DNA from: Chrysomallon squamiferum
Taxonomy: Eukaryota; Animalia; Mollusca
Direction: 5' to 3'
Assembly: GCA_012295275.1 (NCBI GenBank)
Contig: CM022669.1
Span: 9,920,001 to 9,984,000, forward strand
DNA length: 64,000 nt
The notes below the pieces were generated by a model. That model ran no database searches. It saw nothing but the letters and a program-made list of their open reading frames with translations, and was not told where the DNA came from. Made by a program: the position numbers and the translations under genes. Position 1 is the stretch's first letter. The number at the start of each line of letters is the position of its first letter. Below are positions 1 to 46,216 of the stretch, piece after piece.

Positions 1-896
1 AAACGACAGTTTCGTTTCCTTTTCCTTTTCTTTTTTTTATGACTATTCTCCTTTCTTTTTCCTTTTTGTTCTTTTTATTTCTCTCTTTCTTTCTTTTTTT
101 TTTTTTTTTCTATTTTTACGTCAAAATGGTCAAAGCAGAAGACATGTTCTGTTTCGTTTCATTTAAATTACAGATCTTTTTGATGCAATTTCGTTATGTT
201 TACCATTAGGCAGATTTCGTGAATGTTGGTCGACGCTGATGTTGAAAGAGATAACACGTTTTACACTCAATCTGTGAGAGATGGCTCTCCGCTTCAGACT
301 TTATGCTACTGAAGATAGCCGAATATCCGATATGCAAATTAAATAGGATCCCGTTATAGAAGCATGGAAACTGTGAAGTAGTATCGGTTCTGCGACCATA
401 AAGAAAGGAAAAAAATCGCGATTTTTAAGTAAAATAAAAACGGGTTTACAAGAACCGAATAATCATGATTTTAAAGTATAGTTAAACAGAACGAATTAAT
501 GTAGCAAGGATTTTTTTTGTTGGTTTTTTTTGGTTGCATTTTATGTAAAATAGAACGAATAATCATGATTTTAAATTTATAAACTAAAAAATGTCGTGTG
601 ACATTATTCATTTCCTGTTAATGATAATATATCAACCAAAAAAACTACCAAAAAACCCCCCCAAAACGTAGTATTTATTTCTTGTTTTTAAATTTTATTT
701 AATTATCATTATGTGTTTTTTTTTTTGCTGCTTGAAAAGATTTTACGTGTGAATGAAACCTGTCAGAGTAATCTGTTTTAATATTTTATATCTGTTTTTA
801 GAAAAAAATTCTTTGTTTTCCTGTTTTTCCAGTTTGTCAAAAATATTAAACATCAAGAATAAGCATTATTATTTTCAATGGTTTCATAACAACAGT

Positions 897-1064
<168 letters not shown>

Positions 1065-1698
1065 AATGTTTTCAAGGCTATTAAAAAAGTTAAGATTCAA
1101 ATTAATCTTGAAGGAAAATAGGATCGAATGAAACAGAGAAATCAGTTTCTCGCGATCAACGTTCCTTGGTGCATTTCTGCGACACGAAATCAAAGAACAA
1201 GACTCAAAAGACTGATCACTTTTTAAATTCTGATTTATCGAGCAGATTTCTCCATGCATTTGTAAAGAGCTTGTAAATGAATCGGGCCATGCAACAGTCG
1301 AGCGAAAATTTAAGCTTTATGCAAATAAGAGAGAATAAAAATGTAAAAAGCTGAAGATGAAAATACAAAATATATCGACTATAATTTTCATAATTTTTAT
1401 TAAAATTTAAAAGCTGTACGTAAACGTGGAAGAAACTGTAATTACAAATTTTGACTTCGTTTGTAAAAATATAAAATTAATGCCTACAGGCGAATTTCAA
1501 GTCAGTTATTTTTCAACGGCATTAAGTCATTGTTAAAACTGAGTATATCACTAGCTCAAAATATTGTCTATAAATGTAAGTTTAATTTTATATTATTCTC
1601 CTCAATTCCGAATGAAAAAAACGTCATGTGAAAATCCCAAACGCACACACATTAATATGTACATACTATATGTACATTTAATACATACATACATACCT

Positions 1699-1741
<43 letters not shown>

Positions 1742-2581
1742 GATAGATAGATATATATATGTATATATATAATATTTATATATATATATATGTATATATA
1801 CATATATATATGTTTACATATATAGTACGTACATACATACATACATATATATATACATTTATAAATATATACGAATATTGAACATATATCCATATATACG
1901 TTGACACTTAAACACACACATGCATACAAAATAACCTGAAACAAGATTTGTCTTACCCACACAAAGTCATAAACATTATCAAAACTCTAACCTACTAAAC
2001 TACTAACACCAGCCAGAAAGAGACAAGTGATCAAGTTTTCTAATTCGTTCTTTATCGAAACAAGGTGCAATACATCCGCTATATTGAGCTCAAATGGAAA
2101 TTAAGGACCAGGAAAGGGCAGGGATCAGTAAATTTACAAGTCTGTTTACACAAACAAAATTAACGTGTCAATCGAAAATTCGGCTGAAGAGACAATAAAT
2201 AATAAGCGACGCACACATTTCTACGTTGTCTTATTGCGCCTCTGTGTAGTGGATGTTCGGATGATGGATGTCTGTGTGGACAAGGTGTTGTGATCTAAAT
2301 ACTAGGAAAAAAAGATAAAAGGCCACTGACTAAATCACAGATTATAGAACATCCATCTCCACAAGGTGTCAGGCAGTCACTGGGCCATGTCGATCAATAC
2401 AGTAGAAATAAATACCGTACTTCTCGTGGTATAAAAAGGAAGGAATATTTCGTTAACGACGATCCTTTAATCGACGATTGTTACGTAAATATGCTAGAAT
2501 TTAAGACAGAAATTAGAACAGCAAAGGCTACACATACATATATAGACAGATAGATAGATAGATAGAGATAGAGAGAGAGAG

Positions 2582-2686
<105 letters not shown>

Positions 2687-3470
2687 GAAAGAGATTTGCA
2701 TTAATGGTATAAACAGAACTTAACGGCACCGCAGGAACTGTTAAGAAGAGATAGTTAAACTGTGACATTTAAATAAATGGTATAACGTGTCATATAAAAT
2801 GTACTGTATCTATGAACTCACACAAATATCAATATTTTCATAATTAATATTTTCTCTTCTCTATATTTCGCTACACTGTTTCTAAAAGTAATTATTATTA
2901 CATTAATCCCATACCCGAACTGTCTTCAAAACTGAAATTTCAAAAAAATAATTAAAATAAATAAATAAATAAATAAATAAAATGGCTCGTAATCATGTTT
3001 GCTTTGTTCTACTGCACTTTCATTCAACAGTTTCTCTGTTTGAATTCTGGAGTTTACGGTTCACGAGATACGAACAAATCCGGACTCTGTTAATGGCCTG
3101 TAGTGGAAGATTTACGGTATAGTGGAGACCAACAGGTTTTTTAGATTAGATCTATTTCAGGAATGAGCTGTTAAAGTTTACGCTGTTTTAGGTGATGCCT
3201 TCGTTTGATTTTGAAGAAGATCGTTACTAATAGAAAATTCCATGAATGGAAAGCACACATTTTAAAATTACATTGCTGTGGTAATTACTTAAATGTGTCT
3301 TCCGTCCTCTCTTGCTTTTTCTTAAATTCTTTCTTTCTTGCGTTCAGTTTACTTTCTTTGTTTCTTCGGCGATGTTTTTATTTTTTATTTTTTTTTAAAT
3401 TGTCCTTTCTGTCCATCTTTCTCGTTGTCTCCTGTTATGGTTTTCATTCTTTCTTTCTTTTCGTTTCTGT

Positions 3471-3585
<115 letters not shown>

Positions 3586-4048
3586 ACAGGCACAGACACG
3601 CAGTCAAACTTACACATAAAAAAAAAAAAAAAAAAAAAAATAATAATAATAAAAACCAGCAAGAAAACAAACAACGACAACAATATCTCTCTGTCTCTTG
3701 TACTTCTGATATACATGCATTGAATCGTCTGACTAAAGACAAACAACAATGCTGTCTGTATATTAGAATATGTATTAGGTTCATTCTGTACAGAGTTTTT
3801 AAGACACATATAATTACTTGTAACCGTAGAACAAATATTAAAAATCACAGAAAACAGTCAAGCCCAGCCATTCACTCTGAAACTAAAAAAAACACCTGGC
3901 AGTTTATTAAGTGTAATCCTTTAAATACCAAGGTCATTTACATTTTAAGAACATACGCAAACAAGCACGCATGCGCAAACATACACAAAAGCTGAATATC
4001 ACAATTTATTTAATTAGATTATTGACATTAAATAAAATTTAGATCATG

Positions 4049-4097
<49 letters not shown>

Positions 4098-4483
4098 GGA
4101 TAATAATAATAATAAAAAGAGGTGATATAGTTCTTCCCTGTTTATTTTGAAATAACAGTGAAATTTAAAGTGACTACTTTTTTAGCGTCTAGATACATTT
4201 ATTTCATTCTTTCACTGACGTAACATTCCCAGATGTATTCGGGAAGACCCAGTCTGCGTTCGCATTTTAAATTAAGACACTAAGTATGACCTAAAATTTA
4301 CATGATAAAATCAAATATATATATATATAGATAGATAGATAGATAGACAGATAGATTAGATAGATAGATAGATAGATCGACATTTATTACCGACATCGCA
4401 TAATATTATATCGATGTCGACATCTTTCACAGTGTGCGTATAACACTGTCATCATGATTACAAAACATAAAAATATGGCACTT

Positions 4484-4529
<46 letters not shown>

Positions 4530-5110
4530 TAATAAACATAACACCATACGTCTTATTCAATATGTGTTACACTGAATGGACATTATCAACGTCAGTTTGA
4601 AACACATTATGTCAAAGCAGTCACGTTTCTAATAAAAAATAAAAAATATATAAAACAGATGACATTATAATTGTGACTAATTTCCATGAAAGGTACTCAA
4701 AGTCAATGAGAGTGAGAGATTGATGTATTTACTTGAAGCGAGATGTGGCTATGTTTTCAAATTTTGAGATTTGGTTTCAGATTTTTGTTTAGCAATAATT
4801 TTTTTTCTAGTGCCTGAACGGTTTTTATATCTGAATTAAGCATATAAAAATGATAAATGCGTGTTTTTATGTACAGAATTTGTCCAAAATAAAGATAGAA
4901 AGTAGACGCTTGAACACGTACCAAAACTCTCAATTTACATTAACGGCTGATTTAAGTTCCAAGAATAGAGTACATCTGCGTTTTGTATTGTTAAAAGAAC
5001 ATAAATAAATAAATAAAAAAAAGAAATGAAAGAAATGATTAGCATTTAAATAATGTAAATACATCTTAACTGCTCTTGGTAGATTTTTATATATCGTTTT
5101 ATCTAATATA

Positions 5111-5193
<83 letters not shown>

Positions 5194-5537
5194 TTTAATA
5201 TTTTTTACTAGATGTCTGCCTATTCCATTATCCCCACTGGCAAACTAAAAGTCTCGACCTTTATTCCTTTTGAAGCTAAACATTCACTGCTGTAACATTT
5301 AAAATACCAGCTGTTTTGTCATTTTGTCAAAATTGATAGATTTCTTAAAACTAAATGCTATGAAATTTGTGAATTTGCTGTCCATATTGTATTATCCAGT
5401 CATGCACAAAAGTCTCTGGCAAAACGTACACACAAGATATGTTTCAACAAAATTCTTGAATTGAAATATAGACCAGATCACCTCTCTCTCTTTTTTTTCT
5501 TACCGTATTCCATTTATATTGTGCGGTTTCTCTTCTA

Positions 5538-5636
<99 letters not shown>

Positions 5637-6411
5637 GCTTGCTCTGTCTCTATTTTTCTGTATCTCGCTCTCTCTCTCTAACGCCCCCTCTCTCTATCGC
5701 CACCCTCTATCTCTCTCTATTTCTCTTTCTCTCTGTCTAATCTATATCTCTGACAATCAGAATATTAATATTAATTAAAGAATATTAATTATGAATATAC
5801 ATTATTTCATTTCGTCAATAAGAAATTTACATAATTTACCATCATCATCTGAAATAATTTTCAGATCTGTAAATCACTATTAGTTTTTTTATTTCTGCGT
5901 CCAGATAGCTATAATAAAATCCAGTGTGAAAAAAAGAAAAAGAAAAAGAAGAAGCAACACTATGAAACATGAATATTAAATTTTTAAGGATTAAATGGAA
6001 TAAATAATAATGATAAATAACGATAAAGTTATTACTTGGTGCATTTTTGATATTTGTGTCTATACAGAAGTATGTATGTATGCATGCATTTTTCTCTCTC
6101 TCTATGTGTGTGTGTGTGTGTGTATGTGTGTGTGTGTCTGTGTGTGCATATATGTGCTTTTTGTGTTCAGTCTTTTCTTCAGATCTCTGCCATAATCTAT
6201 ATTTCACCGTTAACCCTCCAAACTTCACAAGAATACTTCAGATTCGATGTATTTCTTTTTTCATTTATATATATACACATTTTTACACGAATTCATCCTT
6301 CCACATTTCCGCTGTCTCCACGCCTCTTTTTTAAGAACTACGAGCCTCCACGATCTCAACAAATAATGCTTCAAAACGCATTTCACAGGAACCGGAAAAG
6401 CCTCCTGATGT

Positions 6412-39797
<33,386 letters not shown>

Positions 39798-39889
39798 GTT
39801 TCAAGGCAAACTCGTCCACGTAATTCGTTTCCGCGCCTTGACGAGAACCTTAACGAGCGACTTGAGAATTTCAGTAACTGACACAACAA

Positions 39890-40150
39890 CGTAGTAATCC
39901 ATGCTATGACAACATCAGCAGTGAAGTATTGCAACATCCACAGCGTCGTACAGCAGCATCCACAGTGTCGTAAGCTCGTATCCACATCGTGGTTATAGAA
40001 TATCCACAACGAGGTTTTTAAAAACGTCTACCAATATTTTGTAGTTTCATTTAACAGCATCCACAACGTTGTAGTATAAACGTCCACAAAGTGTTATCAC
40101 AACTTGCTGTAACAGATATCAACAACGGCGTTTTACGACATCCACAAATT
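39890..40150. repeat. Degenerate minisatellite of about 22 bp (core CATCCACARCGTYGT), about 10 units
   Basis: Units include gcaacatccacagcgtcgta, gcagcatccacagtgtcgtaa, cgtatccacatcgtggtta, aatatccacaacgaggtt, cagcatccacaacgttgtag, gacatccacaaattggtt. Confidence 0.7.
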
Positions 40151-40730
40151 GGTTTAGATTGAAACGAGAAATTCTTTAACGTTTCATTGCCATTTTTTAC
40201 CTTAATTTCAGTTTTTCCCTTTTACTCTTTTTCTGTTAGTGATGTAAAAAATCGGATTTTTATTGTTAAAGAAAAAAAAAGAAAAAAGAAAACGATGACT
40301 AGAAACTAAATTCTCGAGTTTCGCTTTCTAATAATTTGTTGTATTTCTTAAAATTATTAACCAAACAGAAATATCTGAATTTAAAAACGACAAAATACAA
40401 ATATTTTTTAAATTATTGTTTCCAGTAAAAAAAACCTCTCAGTACTCGATTTTTTCTAACTAAACTTTCTATTAACTATAACATCCCAAAATTAATTTTC
40501 ACTGATATTTATTTCAGATCAACGCGAATAAAAAAGATTACCGATAATGCTACACCATTACTCCCAAAATTAACAACACCATCTTCCTAATAATCCATAG
40601 ATAAATCGTCGACACAACAAATGTAAAAAGCTACATTCGATCATCGGATCGGCTAGGACTAGAAATTTTAACGAGACAATCCCTTTAAAACCTCCGTGGA
40701 CAAATCCGCACACAAATCAGGCTGTGGGAA

Positions 40731-40954
40731 ACAAAAATAATGAATTTATAATAACAACTCTTTCTTCATTATGCGGAGAGACGTGGCCGCTGTGTGTCAA
40801 ACAAGTGAGGGATACAATTCCACGTACTGGGACCGTCCTCTGATAAAAGCTGCATGACGGGGATTGTCCGCTACCACTCAAACTCACACGTAACTGTCGA
40901 TGCGAGTGCAGTTTTGATCGCAGTCAGTTTCTCACTGCGTAGATCATCCGCGTT
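40731..40954. promoter_or_regulatory. CpG-rich block about 1 kb upstream of the Dpr-like ATG; candidate promoter or 5' leader (identical copy at 57274-57497)
   Basis: Position, CpG richness against an AT-rich background, and exact duplication. Function is inferred. Confidence 0.45.
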
Positions 40955-41090
40955 AGTTTTTTTTTTTTTTTTTGTTTTTTTCAGTCTTTCAGTGTGACGG
41001 TCTGTTAAGTTATGGGTTTGTGAACGAGCATGGTATTTGTGTTTGTTTATGTGTGTGAGAGAGACAAAGAGTGCATGCGCATTAGTGTGT

Positions 41091-41139
<49 letters not shown>

Positions 41140-41643
41140 GTGTGTGTGTGGCTGTGTGTGTGTGTGTGTGTTAATGTGTGTGTGCGTTTTAGGATTTGAA
41201 TATTCTCTGTGTTCTGTACGTCTGGTTAGACTGTGCACATTGACAATATTCCGGAACGGTTGGCCCAGATGGACAAAGTCCAATCACGACCTCCCAAACC
41301 CCTTCAGACGCCGCTGAAGGAACTCGAAAGAATGACACCCATTCTCTTCTCTATGCCTGGATGCATGGATTTATATTTTATACGTGTGACTGTATGTATG
41401 TATGATCGTATGTATGTATGTATGATCGTATGTATGTATGTATGTATGTATATGTATATAATAATAATAATAATAATAATTTAAAAGTCAGAGAAGTACG
41501 GAGTTGAATGAATGAATGAATTAACAATATTAACAAACTATAATACATTTAAGCATATATTACGATTACGGTCATATTTACATTTTATGCAGATTTTAGT
41601 AGCAATGTATTTTTAGGTTTATCATAAAAAGCAAGACACATAC

Positions 41644-41731
<88 letters not shown>

Positions 41732-42064
41732 ATCATGACTATGTATTATATATATGTTTCTGAATATTTTATAATATAGTGAGATAGTGATACAGAGCAA
41801 TACAGATCTTAGAACCAGTATTAATAAAAACTTTGTTATTGTCCAGTAAAGATTATCTCCATTCCTGCTGGAGTTGTGTCCCTTATTCTAACACGATATT
41901 TTGGTTCTTTTTCCAGTGTTTCTTTTTTTTGTTGTTGTTGACTAGGTGTGAGTGGGTTCAAATATTCCTCTTAATCAGTATTTCACGAGTTTATGATATA
42001 ACAAAAACACTCGCGTGAAGTTCAAATCCTAAATGTTCGTATTTAGTTGGTTTACGAAATATTC

Positions 42065-43207
42065 CTATTTCAGCTGATAGCAAAAAGCTGGGTTCTTCAT
42101 TCTTTCCCAGATCTCGTACATCGTTTTATCAAAAATCTGCTGTGAGACTATTACGCTGCCTGTTACAAATTCGCACGGTGTCGCATACGAGAACAGAAAA
42201 TATTCCTTATCGATCTCCAGACCGACATGCCTGATATTAAATATTTTCGCTAGAATACCCGTTATTTCTACGTCCTCCATATTCACGTACGGCATGTGCT
42301 CTGACACCGCTAAAATCTTCATGGCAACGTCGAAAGGCATGAAGTAACAATTGCCCTTGACGTGCGGAGGGTATTTTGGAGCGGGATAATCCTGTTCTGA
42401 AACTTCACATCTTCCTACTCTGATTACGTTGTCCGAGAGAAACTTCGGTCCAAATATTTTGTTTTCCCATTCGTTGTTTCGTATCAAGGTGACGAAGTCT
42501 GGAATCTTTACGAACGTGTCTTCATCCACTTTCATGATGTATTTCGCGTTCGAGCAAAACTGCTTGAGCCACTTAAAAGCCATAAGAACTTTGAGTGTCA
42601 GGTTGCAGTAGGTCTCATCAAATTCCGCTATTACGATGTCCTTCTCTATATTGGCTTCGCTGGCAACAGCAGAATTGAGAGTCGTGTTTTCGTTCATTCC
42701 TAAAATAAAGAATACTCTGACGGGTAAAGCTTGAGTGGAATTCGGCCATTTCAGACCCCGAGAGACACTGCCCCATGTATCCCGAATAGCTTGCCTGCGT
42801 GACGTCATATCATGCAATGACATAACCATGACAACCAGAAGAGTATCAGTGCAGTTTGTTGGTGGTATTTTCAAAAAGTTGTAATTCAGAAGAAAATTTT
42901 TGGTTTTGTTCGGTTTGAAATACCATTGATATCTCACTAAAACAGGTTCTCCGTAAAAATCGGTTAGCGAGAAGGCTTCCGGAACGGGTAAAGCAGATAT
43001 ATTTATTATTTCTTTTTCTTCCAAGAATGAGGACGGGGTGGTGTTGTTGTTGCTCTGATATGTTACTGACTTCAGCGGCGTCGGCCGAAAATAAGAAAGT
43101 TCTGACGGTTTCTTTTTCTTGGTTATGTATAATTCGAAAGTTAAAAAGATCAATGAGAATAACATTAACAACAGAACTAACTGCTTTCGTGACAGCCTGC
43201 GTCTCAT
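42065..43207 (-). CDS. GT31 beta-1,3-galactosyltransferase/GlcNAc-transferase-like protein, copy A (intact, 380 aa, single coding exon)
   Basis: Type II topology (MRRRLSRK followed by a TM segment). Motifs RRQAIRDTWG, FILG, NLTLK, KVDED (DxD), YPP..G, EDV..TG. A splice acceptor (tttatttcag) directly precedes the ATG, implying a 5'UTR intron. Confidence 0.93.
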   Translation of the reverse strand: MRRRLSRKQLVLLLMLFSLIFLTFELYITKKKKPSELSYFRPTPLKSVTYQSNNNTTPSSFLEEKEIINISALPVPEAFSLTDFYGEPVLVRYQWYFKPNKTKNFLLNYNFLKIPPTNCTDTLLVVMVMSLHDMTSRRQAIRDTWGSVSRGLKWPNSTQALPVRVFFILGMNENTTLNSAVASEANIEKDIVIAEFDETYCNLTLKVLMAFKWLKQFCSNAKYIMKVDEDTFVKIPDFVTLIRNNEWENKIFGPKFLSDNVIRVGRCEVSEQDYPAPKYPPHVKGNCYFMPFDVAMKILAVSEHMPYVNMEDVEITGILAKIFNIRHVGLEIDKEYFLFSYATPCEFVTGSVIVSQQIFDKTMYEIWERMKNPAFCYQLK

Positions 43208-43649
43208 CTGAAATAAATGAAAGTGAATTTAACAATGAGTTAAAGTGAAATTTATTGTGTTTCTATATGTGTTTCTGTATGAAATATATATCTGTTTGTC
43301 TATGTATGTATGTTTTAGGGTTCACGCAAAGGGGCAACGTGGAAGAAATACCCGCCACATTTTACTAAACCTCAGTTTACTTAATCCAAGGTGAAGTTCT
43401 AAGTCGTCTTCATTGGTTTCAGTTACCAAGAAGCCAGTGTAAGGACCATTAATACGATTTTTTGTTTTCTCTGCGAAACTGACAAATACAATTTTTTTTT
43501 TTAGTACGACCGAGTATCATTTCTTTTCCACAAGACCTCAGTTCTATACAAAATGTTCTCACTAGTCTACAGGGAGAAGTCACTCTTCCGTAGTATTTAA
43601 ATCTAGTTAGAACCCTGTTGTATATTGTATGTACCCCTTATACCGAGCA

Positions 43650-43687
<38 letters not shown>

Positions 43688-44260
43688 AGTTATATTGTAT
43701 CAATTTACTTAAAAGTAGATAATAAACTAAAAGTTTACTTCTGGAATAATATAATAAAAATAAATATTTATGTATTTATTAATGAAAGTTATCACTTATT
43801 TATTTATTTATTATTTATTAATTCATTCATTCTATCACTTAACTATTTATTTATTTATCTATCGCTTATTTAAATAATTTATTTATTTATTAATTAATTC
43901 ATTCTATCACTTAACTATTTATTTATTTATCTATCGCTTATTTAACTATTTATTTATTTATTAATTCATTCTCTGAGTAATTTATTTAATATTTATTCAT
44001 TAATTCATTGTATGACTTATTTAACTATTTATTTATTTATTATTTCTATCAGCTATTAAACTATTTATTTATTTATTTAATTAACTTTATCATTTATTCA
44101 GCTATATATTTATTTCTTAATCATTTGTTCACTTATTTATCAATTCGTTTATTCATTCATTTATTCTATCACTTTTCACTTATTTATTCATTTACTTACT
44201 TAGTTACTTTGTTTATCTGCACAGTCTGCGCAAAAACCGCGAGAGATTCTGCTCTACATA

Positions 44261-44583
44261 TTCCGAATAGCCTGCCTTTGTGACGTCACCAAATGCAATG
44301 ACATCACAGTGACAATCAGAAGAGTATAACGCTTGCACTTTGTCAGTGGTATTTCGAATTACTTGTAATTCACAGGGAAAATGTGATTTTGTTGGGTTTA
44401 GAATACTGATATTTCAGTAAAACAGAATGTCCATAAAAATTGGTTGGCGAAAATGCTTCCGGAACGGGTAAAGCAGATATATATAGTATTTGTTTTTCAT
44501 CGAGGAATGACGGGATGATGTCATACGTTTTTGACTGCAGCGGTTTTGAAGATCAGCAAGTTTTGAAGGTTTCTCTCTCAGCC
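44261..44583 (-). pseudogene. GT31 fragment E (stem region to RQAIR, degraded)
   Basis: Aligns by eye to copies A and B (cgaatagcctgcctttgtgacgtca, gcttccggaacgggtaaagcagatatat); both ends are missing. Confidence 0.85.
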
Positions 44584-45622
44584 ATACATAGAAACATCCA
44601 TATATGCATACACATTTACATGCCAAACATAGATACATCCACAGACATATATACTTACGTACGTACATATACAAACATGTAAGGTTGTCTTGATGGCCGA
44701 ATGGTAGCGTCTTCCGCCTTCGGAGTCCGCGTGAATGAGTTCCATGCATTCGAGTCTCGTCAGCGGCATCAGACGGGGTTTGTGAGGCTGCGATTGGACT
44801 TTGTCACAAACACATAACTCAATAGACCGTCAAACTAGAACACAGTAGCCAACTATGTAATATATGTCATCGATTTCACAGTCTGAAGAAAAAAGAAGAC
44901 ACAAACAGAAAATAAATTAGCGATACTATTCAAGGAAAATGTGCAGAAAACTATAAAATCTCATCGGATATGTTTTATCATTGTAAAAGCAAAAACAAAA
45001 TGAAAAAATGATACAAGAAATAATAAACTTGTTCCAGTGATGACGGTATGGCGTTAATTGAATTAATAACAAGCCATATAGAGGTCGTTAAAGATTAAAG
45101 AGGTCACAATAAATCAAACTCAACGAAACAAGCGGCAAATGGAAGGATTCTGCGACAGATACGCCCCCTGACTTTGTCAGAGAGCATGACCACCGCAAGC
45201 GTGCTTCACAACAGTTTGCTCTGATTCGCATGTTAATGGACCGGTTCCGCAATGCGGTTATTTCGAGTTATGTCCATTGATTTGTCGTTAGTCGTTTCAG
45301 TCATTCAGTTAACAAAACAAATAAATAAATAAATAAATAAATAAATAAAAAGATAAAAACAAAATTGTATTTCTTTCATAATGCAGGTTTAATAATACTT
45401 AACGTTATTTTGATACCAATGTACAGGTTGAATATAATGGTGAAGTGAGCCGTCTTATAAGAGATAGATCAATTATATAATAATATTAATTTACAAACTT
45501 AAGTTTATTACATCATTACTTATTTAATGAAACAGTAAATAATCCTACTACTACTACTACTACTTGAAATGAAAACATTTTGAGAAATTTCGTAATTATT
45601 TTTACAGAAAGACCCCCCAAAC

Positions 45623-45690
<68 letters not shown>

Positions 45691-45873
45691 AAATAAAAAT
45701 AAAAATAAATAAAAATTATCTAGAATGAAACGGTAACCACATTTGTGACGCTCTTGAGAATTCACGCCCCCAACAATAATAACTAGTATATTTTCTTTAC
45801 CATAATTATAATAGACTCCCAAAATTATTTATTTCATTATTTCGCTTTATTTCTAACACACTTTATTTCTAAA

Positions 45874-45919
<46 letters not shown>

Positions 45920-46216
45920 GTCGGGGTATTAGTCGGAAACCAGTGTAGTTCAAATAATTAATGATATTTCAGCGTAAAAATGATTATTAATTTGATAAGC
46001 CGGCCCGGAACCAGTCAAAAGTGTGTTGATCGCAAAGCAAATAATTATAATAATCATAATAAAAGAACACCAGTTCAAACAATAAAGTTGTATTTGTAGG
46101 CTATAGGATTTAGCGGCATTAATACCTGGCATTCCGTTCGTGAATGCACATTTCAAAAATATTATATCGGATGCTTTTACCTACAGTGCCAAAATATATT
46201 TAAGTTGTAGTCTGAC

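Noticed and set aside
450-582. Direct repeat of about 30 bp (gaataatcatgattttaaa)
   Set aside because: Two copies only; an ordinary small local duplication.
39890-40150. Repeat array considered as CRISPR-like
   Set aside because: Units are adjacent and degenerate with no unique spacers, there are no cas genes, and the context is eukaryotic.
42429-43248. ORFs 42429..42611, 42846..43235 and 43027..43248 overlapping copy A
   Set aside because: Alternative-frame or antisense shadows; their recurrence at copy C only reflects recent DNA duplication.
43800-44220. Repeats of about 40-70 bp (attcattctatcac...), also at 56450-56620 and 60000-60190
   Set aside because: Derived from (ATTT)n/(ATTC)n simple repeats by local slippage.
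45130-45290. GC-rich block conserved at about 61760-61920, considered as an exon or RNA gene
   Set aside because: No convincing splice sites, long frame or tRNA/snRNA fold; its similarity matches the rest of the duplication.
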